This document shows positions 18,555 through 28,150 of a stretch of DNA of 64,000 nucleotides, in pieces; position 1 is the first letter of the stretch; every line of letters begins with the position of its first letter. The notes under the pieces were generated by a model. It saw only the letters and a program-made list of their open reading frames with translations, had not been told where the DNA came from and ran no database searches. The position numbers and the translations under genes are program-made. The stretch spans positions 128,001 through 192,000 of the forward strand of contig CAWJMB010000002.1 in NCBI GenBank assembly GCA_963843845.1, given 5' to 3'. The stretch comes from an uncultured Gemmatimonadaceae bacterium. GTDB lineage: Bacteria; Gemmatimonadota; Gemmatimonadetes; Gemmatimonadales; Gemmatimonadaceae.

Positions 18555-20048
18555 CTAACGCGCGCTCCGCTTCGCGGTGTCCGGCGGGGCGGCCGCGGCG
18601 ACGGTGGGCGGCGGGTCGTAGCCCTTCTCCGGAATGCGGAACAGGCGGTCGACCTCGGCGTCGCCTTCGCGGCCCAACACGCGTTGCGCGATGTACCCGC
18701 CGATCACGGGCCCGAACTTGAACCCTTCGGCGTTCCCGCCGCCGGCGAGCCAGACGTTCGACAGGCGCGGGTGGCGGTCGACGATGAAGTTGCGGCTCGA
18801 CGTCAGCTCGTAGTGGCAGGCGTGCGTCTGGAGCACCGGCGCGTCCTTCAGCGTCGGGAAGCGCTGCGCGAGGAAGCGGCGCGTGCCGTCGATGCGAGTG
18901 GCTTCGGGCCAGCGGTCGCTCGTGTCGGGGTCGAGCTGCGCGGGGGGCGTGACGGGGGCGGGCGGGCGCGTGGCGGCCGCATTCGTCGGCGCGGCGGTCG
19001 GCGAGCCGCTGACTGGCCCGCGCGCGTTCGGCGGCGTCGGCGCGCGCACGCCGCCGCGCACGCGGAAGCCGCGGTTGTCGACCGGGAGCGCCGCCCACCC
19101 CGTGACGCCGGGGAAGTTGAAGCTCGGGATGTTCGGGTGCGTGAACCGTTCGTCGTTCACCGGCGTGCCGAAGTAGTACACGTACCCCATCGGCGCGCGC
19201 GTGCGGTTCTCGAACACGTCGGGGAACGTCTTCCCCATCCACGGCCCGACCGCGTAGACGAACGTGTCGGCGCGTAACGTCTCGCCCGTGTCGAGCGTGA
19301 TCTCGTTCAGCGTCCCGCTCGACACGGTCGGCATCTGCGCGCGCCCCGTGACGACCCGCCCGCCGAGCCGCTCGAACACCGCCGTCACCGCCTGGCACGA
19401 CCGCCGCGCCCGCACGACGCCCGCGTCCGGCTCGCCGAGGACGATGCCGATCCCGTCGATGTCGATCACCGGCCAGCGGTGGCGCACCTCTTCGGGCTTC
19501 AGGATCTCGTAGCGCACGCCGTGCTTCTGCCACAGGTCGCGCGTCCGCGTCGTGAACGGCTCCCACTCCGCACGGAAGATCAGGTCGCCGGTCGTGTGGA
19601 AGAGGTCGACGCCGAGCTCGTTCCCCCACTCCGCGTCGAACGTCTTCCAGCGGCGGATCGACTCGCGCGCCCAGAGCATCCACAGCTCGGCGGCGACGTC
19701 GCGGTCGCCGTACGACGAGCGCACGCCGCGTGACTCGTCGCCCGACGTCGAGCGCGAGTTGCCGGGGCCGAACGCGTCGACGAGCGTGACGCGCGCGCCC
19801 TGCTGCACGAGGTTGAGCGCCGTCCACCCGCCCCACGACCCGGCGCCGACCACGACCACGTCCGGCGACGCGCCGACGAGCGGCAGCTTCCGGCGCGGCG
19901 CGGCGAGCCCCGGCGGCGCGCCCGGCCTTCCGGCGGACGCGCACGCGCCGAGGGTGCCTAACGCGCCGAGGGCGAGCGCGCCGGCGCCGGCGGCCTTGAG
20001 GAAGTCTCGGCGCTGAACGTCGCCTGACGCGTCGGGAGGGGTCGTCAT
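18555..20048 (-). CDS. Tat-exported FAD-dependent oxidoreductase (sarcosine oxidase/DAO family)
   Basis: RRDFLK Tat motif, VVGAGSWG, GNSRSTSGDESR, GGNAEGFKFGP. Confidence 0.85.
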   Translation of the reverse strand: MTTPPDASGDVQRRDFLKAAGAGALALGALGTLGACASAGRPGAPPGLAAPRRKLPLVGASPDVVVVGAGSWGGWTALNLVQQGARVTLVDAFGPGNSRSTSGDESRGVRSSYGDRDVAAELWMLWARESIRRWKTFDAEWGNELGVDLFHTTGDLIFRAEWEPFTTRTRDLWQKHGVRYEILKPEEVRHRWPVIDIDGIGIVLGEPDAGVVRARRSCQAVTAVFERLGGRVVTGRAQMPTVSSGTLNEITLDTGETLRADTFVYAVGPWMGKTFPDVFENRTRAPMGYVYYFGTPVNDERFTHPNIPSFNFPGVTGWAALPVDNRGFRVRGGVRAPTPPNARGPVSGSPTAAPTNAAATRPPAPVTPPAQLDPDTSDRWPEATRIDGTRRFLAQRFPTLKDAPVLQTHACHYELTSSRNFIVDRHPRLSNVWLAGGGNAEGFKFGPVIGGYIAQRVLGREGDAEVDRLFRIPEKGYDPPPTVAAAAPPDTAKRSAR

Positions 20049-20132
20049 CGAGCCGCTGCAAGGTGGGAGAGTGACGAGCGAAGATGCGTGCCGTATGATA
20101 GAGCCGCTACCATCGCCGACGAACCGATCGCC

Positions 20133-20630
20133 ATGCCCCGCACGTCACTCCTGCCGCCGACCCGACTCGCCGCCGCCGCGCTCCTGCTGTTCGCCGCCGC
20201 GTGCGGCCCCGACCCCGCCGACGAGCGCGCCCCGACGCTCCACGATACGACCGGCGCGAGCGGCGCGATCGACACCTCGAACACCACGGCCGTCGCCGCG
20301 CTCGAGCCGTTCGAGGCGCCGGCCTTCACCGCGTCGCAGGCGGCAGACGGCGAGACGGTGTACGCGGCGAGCTGCGCGCGCTGCCACGCGCTCACGGCGC
20401 TCACCGGCGACGCGTTCTCCGTGAAGTTCGCCGGGCGGCGCGTCTCGGATCTGTACGAGGTGCTCTCGAACTCGATGCCGCAGGACGCGCCGGGATCGCT
20501 CAGCGAGCAGCAGTACGAGCAGGTCGTCGCGTACTTGCTGTCGAAGAACGGATTCGCGGCCGGACAGGTCGCCCTGCGCGCCGACAGCGCACAGCTCCGC
20601 CGCCGCCGCATGATGCCCCCCACTCTCTAA
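20133..20630 (+). CDS. Mono-heme cytochrome c lipoprotein
   Basis: CARCH heme motif, MPQDAPGSL, LFAAAC lipobox. Confidence 0.85.
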   Translation: MPRTSLLPPTRLAAAALLLFAAACGPDPADERAPTLHDTTGASGAIDTSNTTAVAALEPFEAPAFTASQAADGETVYAASCARCHALTALTGDAFSVKFAGRRVSDLYEVLSNSMPQDAPGSLSEQQYEQVVAYLLSKNGFAAGQVALRADSAQLRRRRMMPPTL

Positions 20631-20635
20631 CCCCC

Positions 20636-20666
20636 CCGTCGTCCCTCGCTCCGCTCGGGACGACGG
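20636..20666. repeat. Solo REP-like hairpin, family B
   Basis: CCGTCGTCCC TCGCTCCGCTC GGGACGACGG, similar to the right arm at 28086-28114. Confidence 0.65.
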
Positions 20667-20681
20667 ATCGAGATCTCGACC

Positions 20682-21773
20682 ATGCCGAACCTTTCGCGCG
20701 CCCTCGCCGCCGCCGTCGTCGGCGCGACCCTCGCCTCCGGCGCGAGCGCGCAGCCCGTGCCCGCGGTGTCGTCCGTGCCGACGAACGACCTCCCGAACCC
20801 GTACCGCACCGTCGAGGGGTGGGCGAAGCTGCCCGCCGGCCGCACGTGGGGCTCGACGAGCGCCGTCGACGTCGACCGCGACGGCCGCAGCATCTGGGTC
20901 GCCGAGCGGTGCGGCGCGAACAGTTGCGCCGGGTCGACGCTGCCGTCGGTGCTGAAGTTCGACGCGGCCGGGAATCTCGTGACGTCGTTCGGCGCCGGGC
21001 TGATCCTCTCCCCGCACGGGCTCACCGTCGACCGCGACGGCAACGTCTGGGTCGTCGACTGCGCGTGCACCGGCGGGCGCCCGGCCGCGACCGACTCGAG
21101 CGCGCCGCCCGCGCCGCCGAAGGGGCATCAGATCTTCAAGTTCGCGCCCGACGGCCGCCTGCTGCTGACGTTCGGCACCCCCGGCGGCGCGCGCGGCGAC
21201 CGCTACTTCTGGCAGCCGAACGACGTCCTCGTCGCCCCGAACGGCGACGTCTTCGTGAGCGAGGGGCACTCGTCGCAGCCGGGCGCGACGGCGCGCGTGC
21301 TCAAGTTCGACCGCACCGGCACGCTCGTGAAGACGTGGGGCTCGTGGGGGCACGGACCGAACGAGATGGACCAGCCGCACACGCTCGCCATGGACTCGCG
21401 CGGCCGGCTGTTCGTCGGCGATCGCGGCAACGACCGCATCATGATCTTCGATCAGAACGGCACGCTGCTCGACACGTGGTATCAGTTCAGCCGGCCGAGC
21501 GGCATCCACATCTCGGCGGACGACCAGATCTACGTCGCGGACTCGGAGTCGGGGTCGGTCAACAAGGCCCACGTCGCGTGGAAGCGCGGCATCCGCATCG
21601 GCAGCGCACGCACGGGCGCCGTCACGGCGTTCATCCCCGACCCCGCGACGAACCCGCCGAGCACGAGCTCGGCGGAGGGGGTGGCGGTGGACGCGGCCGG
21701 GAACATCTACGGCGCCGAAGTGGGGCAGCGGGCGCTCAAGCGGTACGAGCGGAGCGTGCCGGTGCGGAAGTGA
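20682..21773 (+). CDS. Secreted NHL-repeat beta-propeller (peptidyl-alpha-hydroxyglycine lyase-like)
   Basis: PHGLTVDRDGNVWV, QPNDVLVAPNGDVFV, QPHTLAMDSRGRLFVGDRGNDRI. Confidence 0.85.
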   Translation: MPNLSRALAAAVVGATLASGASAQPVPAVSSVPTNDLPNPYRTVEGWAKLPAGRTWGSTSAVDVDRDGRSIWVAERCGANSCAGSTLPSVLKFDAAGNLVTSFGAGLILSPHGLTVDRDGNVWVVDCACTGGRPAATDSSAPPAPPKGHQIFKFAPDGRLLLTFGTPGGARGDRYFWQPNDVLVAPNGDVFVSEGHSSQPGATARVLKFDRTGTLVKTWGSWGHGPNEMDQPHTLAMDSRGRLFVGDRGNDRIMIFDQNGTLLDTWYQFSRPSGIHISADDQIYVADSESGSVNKAHVAWKRGIRIGSARTGAVTAFIPDPATNPPSTSSAEGVAVDAAGNIYGAEVGQRALKRYERSVPVRK

Positions 21774-21789
21774 GCCGCGCCCCGGCACA

Positions 21790-21822
21790 CGGCGTCGTCT
21801 CGATTCGATCGAGACGACGCCG
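21790..21822. terminator. Perfect 15-bp hairpin between convergent genes
   Basis: CGGCGTCGTCTCGAT-TCG-ATCGAGACGACGCCG; no U-tract. Confidence 0.6.
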
Positions 21823-24021
21823 CTACCGCCCCGGCAGCGCCAGCGCCACGAGCGACGCCGTCTCCCCCGCTCCCGTCGCGAACACGATGTACTGCTTGCC
21901 CGGTGCAGGAACGTCATCGGCACCGCCGTCGTCCGCGACGGGATCTTCACCGCGCCGACCTGCTTGCCCGTCGCCTTGTCGATCGCGTAGAGCTGCGGCG
22001 GGCCGCTCGGCGGCCCGCCGATGCGGCCGGTGCCGTAGATGACGAGCGACTTCGTCGTGATCATCTGCGGCTGACCGCGCCCGCCGGTCGACTGTGGCAA
22101 CGTCACGCCGGCGAACAGCGGATCTCGGCTCGTCACCGGCGTGAGCTTGCCGCCGTTCGGCATCCACCACGCCTTGTCGCCGGTGTTCATGTCGTACGCC
22201 GTGATGCCGCCGAGCTGCTTCGGCTTGAGGATCGAGACGCCGCCGATCATCGAGCCGGCGCCGCGCGCCTCGAAGCCGCCGCCGCGACCGCTCGGCGGCG
22301 GTCACGTAGCCGGCGGCGGCGGCGTCAGCGCGCCGACCAGGCCGCAGCTGTCGTGCGGTGAGCTGTAGCGGAACTCGGAGCACGGATCCTTCTGCAACTG
22401 GATCGTGCTCAGTCCGCTCTGCGAGCCGACGTACAGCATCCCCGTCTCCGGGTCGACCGCGGCGCCGCCGTCGATGTTCACGCCGCCGGACGCGCCGGGC
22501 GCATACCACGAGCACTTGACGCCGCCCGATCCCGAGCCGTCGGACGAGCGACGGCGGGGATGTAGTACGGGCCCATGCGGCACTTGCTGCGCGAGCTTGA
22601 GCGCCGAGTCGCGGATGGCCGGCGTGTAGTCGATGAGGTCCGACTCGACGAGCCCCTGCTGCGAGTACGGCGCCGGCTTCGACGGGATCGGCTGCGTCGG
22701 CGACGTCTGTTCGCCGGGCACGTCGCTCTGCAGCACCGGCGTCTCGACGATGGGCCAGATCGGCTCGCCGGTCGCGCGGTCGAACGTGTAGACCCAGCCC
22801 TGCTTCGTCGTCTGCGCGATCGCGCTTGCGCGGCGCTGGCCATTCACCGTGACGTCCAGCAGGTTCGGCGCCATCGGCGTGTCGTAGTCCCAGATGTCGT
22901 GGTGCACCATCTGGAAGTGCCACTTGCGCTGTCCCGTCTTCGCGTCGATCGCGACGAGGCTGTTGCCGAACAGATTGTCGCCCGGGCGGTGGCCGCCGTA
23001 CTCGTCGAGCAGCGGCATGCCGACCGGGATGTAGACGAGGCCGAGCTCGGGGTCGGCGGAGTAGGTGGCCCACGCGTCGTTCTTGCCGACGCCGTCTGGA
23101 TGCCGTCGCCGATCTTCGAGCCGTTCTTCCACGTCTCCGCGCCGAACTCGCCGGGCTGCGGCACGAGGTTGAACTTCCACAGCTGCTTGCCGGTGCGCAC
23201 GTCGAAGCCGCGCACGAAGCCCGGCAGGTTGTGCGCTGCGGATCGGGTAGTAGCCGTGGATCGACGAGTTGCCGACGACGATGACGTCGCCGACGAGGAT
23301 CGCCGGCGAGCTGTTCGCGATCTGGCCGTAGCGCCGGGTCGATGCCGACGGTGCCGTCGGCGCCGGTCTTCGTGCGCGCGTTCCACGTCTCGCCGGGCCG
23401 CGCCTTGCGCATCGGCGCGGCGTCGCTGATCACGAGCTGCACCCGTGTCGTCGACCGCGAGCGGCACGAGCGGGAAGCCGAGTCCGTCCATGAGGTCGAC
23501 GACGCCGTTCTTGCCGAACTTCGGGTCGGGCGCGCCGGTCTTCGCGTTCGAGCGAGGCCATGTGGTAGCCGGGCGTCACGACGATGACGCGCTCGGTCGC
23601 GACCGTCGGTCCAGTAGGCGAGCCCGCGGCCGGCGAACTGACGCGGCGCCTTCTGCCAGCGGATGCCCTCGTCCATCCCCCACTTCCAGAGCGGCTTGCC
23701 CGTGGCCGGGTCGATCGCGAACGCCATGCGCGTGTTCGTGGCGACGGTGAACAGGCGGCCGTTCGCGTAGAGCGGCGTCGTGCGGTAGTACTCGTCGTCG
23801 CCGAACTCGCCGGCGTTCCACTGCCACGCGACCTTGCCAGCGAGTTGAAGTTGCGACGCGTCGATCTGGTCGAGCGGCGAGTAGCGCGTGCTCCACGCGT
23901 CGGCGCCCCAGTAGCGCCACTCGCCCGGCGGGTTGCCGCGCGGCGCCTGTGCGGACACGGCGTGGGAGAGCGCGAGCATGATGCCGAACGTCAGCACGCG
24001 GGGAGCGGTCAGTCGGCCCAT
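21823..24021 (-). pseudogene. PQQ-dependent (glucose/quinate-type) dehydrogenase, many frameshifts (pseudogene or assembly error)
   Basis: [54 protein letters not shown] distributed over alternating frames. Confidence 0.8.
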
Positions 24022-24055
24022 CGGTCGATTCCTCGTCGGGCGGGGGTAGGATGAA

Positions 24056-24577
24056 CTACAGCGGGCGTTTCGCGGCGGGCGTCGGGGCGACTCTCGGCGC
24101 GGGCGTCGCAGCAGCTTTCGCGGCCGGTCTCGGCGGCTTCACGTCGATCCGGATCGTGCCTAACGCGTCCTGGTCCGGCGGCAGCTCGGCGCGCCCGACG
24201 GGCATGGCGTTCATGCGCAGCAGGTAGGCGATCACGTCGGCCGTCTGCTCGGGGGAGAGCCCGCCGGGGTCGTTCTTCGGCATCTTCGTCGCGACGTACT
24301 CGTAGAGCTCCGACAGCGGGTGCCCCTGCCACAGGTTCTCGAACGTGACGCCCGAGTGGGTCGCCGGCGCGTGGCACGACTTGCAGAGGGTGAGGTAGAC
24401 CTCCTTGCCACGCGTCGCCTGCGCCGCCGAGTAGACGCCGCTCCGCGTCGTGCGCGCCGGGGCGTCCTTCGTCACCGACTGCGCGCCGGCCGGGGCCCCG
24501 AGCACGAGCAGGCCGACCAGCGACGTGCCGAACGTGACGACGTACGACCCGACTGCGCCGAACGATCCGCGCCTCAC
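24056..24577 (-). CDS. Mono-heme cytochrome c
   Basis: GVYSAAQATRG..CKSCH, MPKNDPGGL; GTGA overlap with upstream gene. Confidence 0.85.
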   Translation of the reverse strand: MRRGSFGAVGSYVVTFGTSLVGLLVLGAPAGAQSVTKDAPARTTRSGVYSAAQATRGKEVYLTLCKSCHAPATHSGVTFENLWQGHPLSELYEYVATKMPKNDPGGLSPEQTADVIAYLLRMNAMPVGRAELPPDQDALGTIRIDVKPPRPAAKAAATPAPRVAPTPAAKRPL

Positions 24578-26036
24578 GCGCTCGCCTCCTGCCCGCGTCC
24601 GCGCGCCAGCCGGTCCGCGAGCGCCGAGAGCCCCCACAGCGTGAGCACGACCACGGCGAGCAGCGCCGCTCCGCGCGCGACCGTGGCCGGCAGCGTGCCG
24701 TCGAACGCCGGCCAGGTGAGCCGGTACCCGCGCAACACGTCGAACCGCTCGGTGATCCAGTGCCACGCCGTGTGCGCCACGAGCGCCGAGCCGAGGATGA
24801 TTCCCACACGTTCGGCGACGACGCGCTCGAAGAGGAGTGCGAGCGCCGGCACCGCGACCGCGAGCACGGCGAGCTGCCCCAGCTCGACCCCGACGTTGAA
24901 CGCGACGAGCGACGTGGCGAGATGCGATCCGGCGAACTGCATCGACTCGCGCAGCGCGAACGAGAACCCGAAGCCGTGCACGAGCCCGAACGCGAAGGCG
25001 ACGATCCACCGCCGATCGAGCCGCGCGCCGGCGATGTTCTCGAACGCCATGTAGACGATCGACGCCGCGACCAGGGTCTCGATGAGCGGCGGGAACCAGA
25101 GCGCCGTCGGCGCGAACCCCGCCGCGCTCGCCGCCAGCGTGATCGAGTGCGCGACGGTGAACGCGGTGACGACGCCGACGAGCGGGCGCAGCCGCGCGGA
25201 ACGGGATCACCAGGCAGAGCAGGAACAGCAGGTGGTCGATCCCGTCGAGGATGTGCGTCGAAGCCGAGCGCGACGAAGCGCGCCGCCGCCTGGTGCCAGC
25301 GCGGGTCGAGGCGCACGAGTCCCGGATCGCCGGCGTACTGAAGCGCTCGCTCGGTGCCGTCGGCGGGAGGAAGCGCAGCACCGTCGTCGTCTGGAGCCCG
25401 AGCCGCGCGAGCGTCGGCCGGATCGAGAATGCGCGCGTGCTCGCGCTCGATCGGATAGTCGAGCGCGACGTCGAGCATGCGCCTGCTGCCACGGCAGCGC
25501 GACGTCGTCGGCGAGGGGCGCGCTCCCGCTCCGGTGCCGGCCGTGTGCGCGAGCGCGCTCTCGTAGCGCGCGAACGACCGGTCGGTCGGCAGCGACACGC
25601 GCGCGGCGACGACGCGGGGCGTCGGGAGTCGCGCATCGTCGGCGGTGACGTCGAGTCCGCCGGCGATCCAGAGCAGCGCGGCGTCGTGCAGCTGCGCCTG
25701 CAACTGCGGCGCGGCCGCGGCGCTCAGATCGAGGTACGTGCCGGCGCGCAGCGGGAGGTCGCAGATCGCGCATCGCCTCGAGCGGGACGCGCACGACGAC
25801 GTGCAGCGTGCGGCCGTCGGGCTTCACGAAGAGCGTGCACGCGCCACGCGCGCCGGCATCTCGTGCGCGAGCGCGACGGTGCGGGCGGCGAGCGAGGAGC
25901 GCGACGGCGAGCGTGGCGGCGAGCGTGGCGCAGCGGGCGCGACGAACACCGCCAGCGTCGGCAGCACGCGTCGCGTATGTCGGGAGCGGCGGTCTGGACG
26001 ACGTTGCGCGCGGCGGGATAACATCTTCGACTTCAT
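24574..26036 (-). pseudogene. HupE/UreJ-family membrane protein with periplasmic N-domain, frameshifted
   Basis: AHEMP..; HILDGIDHLLFLLCL; TAFTVAHSITL; FGLVHGFGF; FNVGVELGQ in different frames. Confidence 0.8.
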
Positions 26037-26145
26037 CTCCTCGCGAACTTACCACGCGCACATCGCGCAGCAAGCGACGCGACGCGTCGGGCGCAGCACG
26101 CGTTCGCGATTCTCAGCTCGACAGCCCGACCACCCAGGAGCGGCA

Positions 26146-27334
26146 ATGCGGCGGCGTGACCGGATCTTCGGCGGGACAGCAGTGGCCCTCATCGGCGTGG
26201 CGGTCGTCGCCGGCGTGCTCGCGACGCGCGCCGGCTCGCAGGCGCAGACGGTGCAGGCGCCGCGCTTCGAGGTCGATCCGCTGTGGCCGAAGCCGCTGCC
26301 CGAACCACTGGGTGCTCGGCTCGGCGATCGGCGTCGGGGTCGACTCGCGCGACCACGTCTTCATCATCCACCGCGGCGACTCGACGCTGAACCAGCGCAC
26401 CGAGGTCGGCGCCGACGCCACCCCGCCGATCGGCGAGTGCTGCCGCGTCCGCGCCGCCGGTCCTCGAGTTCGACCCGGCGGGCAATCTGGTGAAGGCGTG
26501 GGGCGGGCCGGGCGAGGGCTACGAGTGGCCGGAGTCGAACCACGGCATCACGCTCGACGACAAGGACAACGTGTGGATCGGCGGCAACGGCGCGCGGCGA
26601 CTCGCACATCCTCAAGTTCACGCAGGACGGCAAGTTCCTCATGCAGATCGGCACGTCCCGGCCAGAACGCCGACAGCAACGAGCATGGACGCACTTCGGC
26701 CGCGTCGCGAAGATCTCGTTCGACGCGAAGGCGAACGAGGCGTACGTCGCCGACGGCTACGGCAACAAGCGCGTCGCCGTGATCGACATGACGACGCGGC
26801 AAGATCAAGCGCTACTGGGGCGCCTACGGCAACAAGCCGAGCGACTCGAACCTCGGCCGCTACAATCCCGACGCGCCGCTCGTCGCAGCAGTTCCGCAAC
26901 CCGGTGCACTGCGCCGAGCCGACCGAACGACGGCCTGGTCTACGTCTGCGACCGCCCGAACGACCGCATCCAGGTCTTCCGCAAGGACGGCACGTTCGTG
27001 AAGGAAGCGCGCATCGCGCCGCAGACGCTCGGCGACGGCTCGGTGTGGGACATCGCGTTCTCGCGCGACCCGGCGCAGAAGTACCTCTTCCTCGCCGACG
27101 GCAAGAACGAGAAGGTCTACGTCATGGACCGCCAGTCGCTCGAGATCCTGACGAACTTCGGCGACGGCGGCCGCCAGCCCGGCCAGTTCTTCGCGCGTGC
27201 ACAGCATCGCGACCGACTCGAAGGGCAACATCTACACGACCGAGACCTACGAGGGCAAGCGCCTGCAGAAGTTCGTCTACCGCGGCGTGCAGAAGCTGCC
27301 GCGCAGTCAGGGCGTGCCGTGGCCGCGCCGCTGA
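26146..27334 (+). pseudogene. Secreted NHL-repeat protein, frameshifted
   Basis: FEVDPLWPKPLP/NHWVLG, NHGITLD, YVADGYGNKRV, YVCDRPNDRIQVF, DSKGNIYTTETYEGKRLQKF in alternating frames. Confidence 0.8.
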
Positions 27335-27355
27335 GCGACAGATGAAGGCGGCGTG

Positions 27356-27985
27356 ATGATGCGACGACTGGCCGGACTGTTCTCGGTCGTGACACTGGCG
27401 GTGACGGTCGCCGTTCCGCTGCGCGCACAGTCGCCGAACTCGCCGGCCGCTCGCGCCCGCGCCGACAGCGGGCGCCCGCCGTACACCCCGGCCGACGTCC
27501 GCTTCATGTCGGGGATGATCGGGCACCACGCGCAGGCCGTGCTCATGGCCGGCTGGGCGCCGTCGCACGGCGCGAGCCCCGGGCTCGGCATCCTCGCCGA
27601 GCGCATCGCCGTCGCGCAGCGCGACGAGATCGCGTTCATGCAGCGGTGGCTCGGCGACCGCGCATTGCCGGTGCCGAACGGCGTGGCGTCGGTCGCGGCG
27701 CACGACGTGGGCGGTCACGACATGACCGACCACGCGATGATGCCCGGCATGCTGACCGCCGCGGAGCTCGAGCAGCTCGACGCGGCGCGCGGCGTCGAGT
27801 TCGAGCGACTGTTCCTGACGTTCATGATCCGGCACCACGAGGGCGCGCTGTCGATGGTGAGCGCGCTGTTCGCGTCGCCGGGCGCGGGGCAGGACGACGA
27901 GATCTTCAAGTTCGCGTCCGACGTCAGCGCGGATCAGGAGACGGAGATCGATCGCATGCTGCTCATGCTGCGCAGGATCAAGTAG
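27356..27985 (+). CDS. DUF305 ferritin-like protein
   Basis: DVRFMSGMIGHHAQAV, MPGMLT, FLTFMIRHHEGA, DQETEIDRM. Confidence 0.9.
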   Translation: MMRRLAGLFSVVTLAVTVAVPLRAQSPNSPAARARADSGRPPYTPADVRFMSGMIGHHAQAVLMAGWAPSHGASPGLGILAERIAVAQRDEIAFMQRWLGDRALPVPNGVASVAAHDVGGHDMTDHAMMPGMLTAAELEQLDAARGVEFERLFLTFMIRHHEGALSMVSALFASPGAGQDDEIFKFASDVSADQETEIDRMLLMLRRIK

Positions 27986-27995
27986 CCCACTCCCA

Positions 27996-28114
27996 CCATC
28001 ATTCCGAGCGCAGCGAGGAATCGCCGGGGGTCGGCCGTCACGCCAGCCAGCGCGAAGTCCTCGGCGGCGCTTCAGTCCAGACAGCGCGATTCCTCGCTGC
28101 GCTCGGAACGACGG
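27996..28114. repeat. Paired REP-like element, family B
   Basis: CCATCATTCCGAGCGCAGCGAGGAATCGC ... GCGATTCCTCGCTGCGCTCGGAACGACGG inverted arms around a spacer of about 60 bp. Confidence 0.85.
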
Positions 28115-28150
28115 TCCGGAACTGCGACCCTTCCCACACACCGAGGCCTC

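Noticed and set aside
22880..22905. WDYD motif as proof of a lanthanide-dependent dehydrogenase
   Set aside because: Similar motifs occur in glucose/quinate-type PQQ enzymes; not diagnostic without an alignment
21823..27334. Programmed ribosomal frameshifting
   Set aside because: Too many shifts in both directions, with no consistent slippery motif
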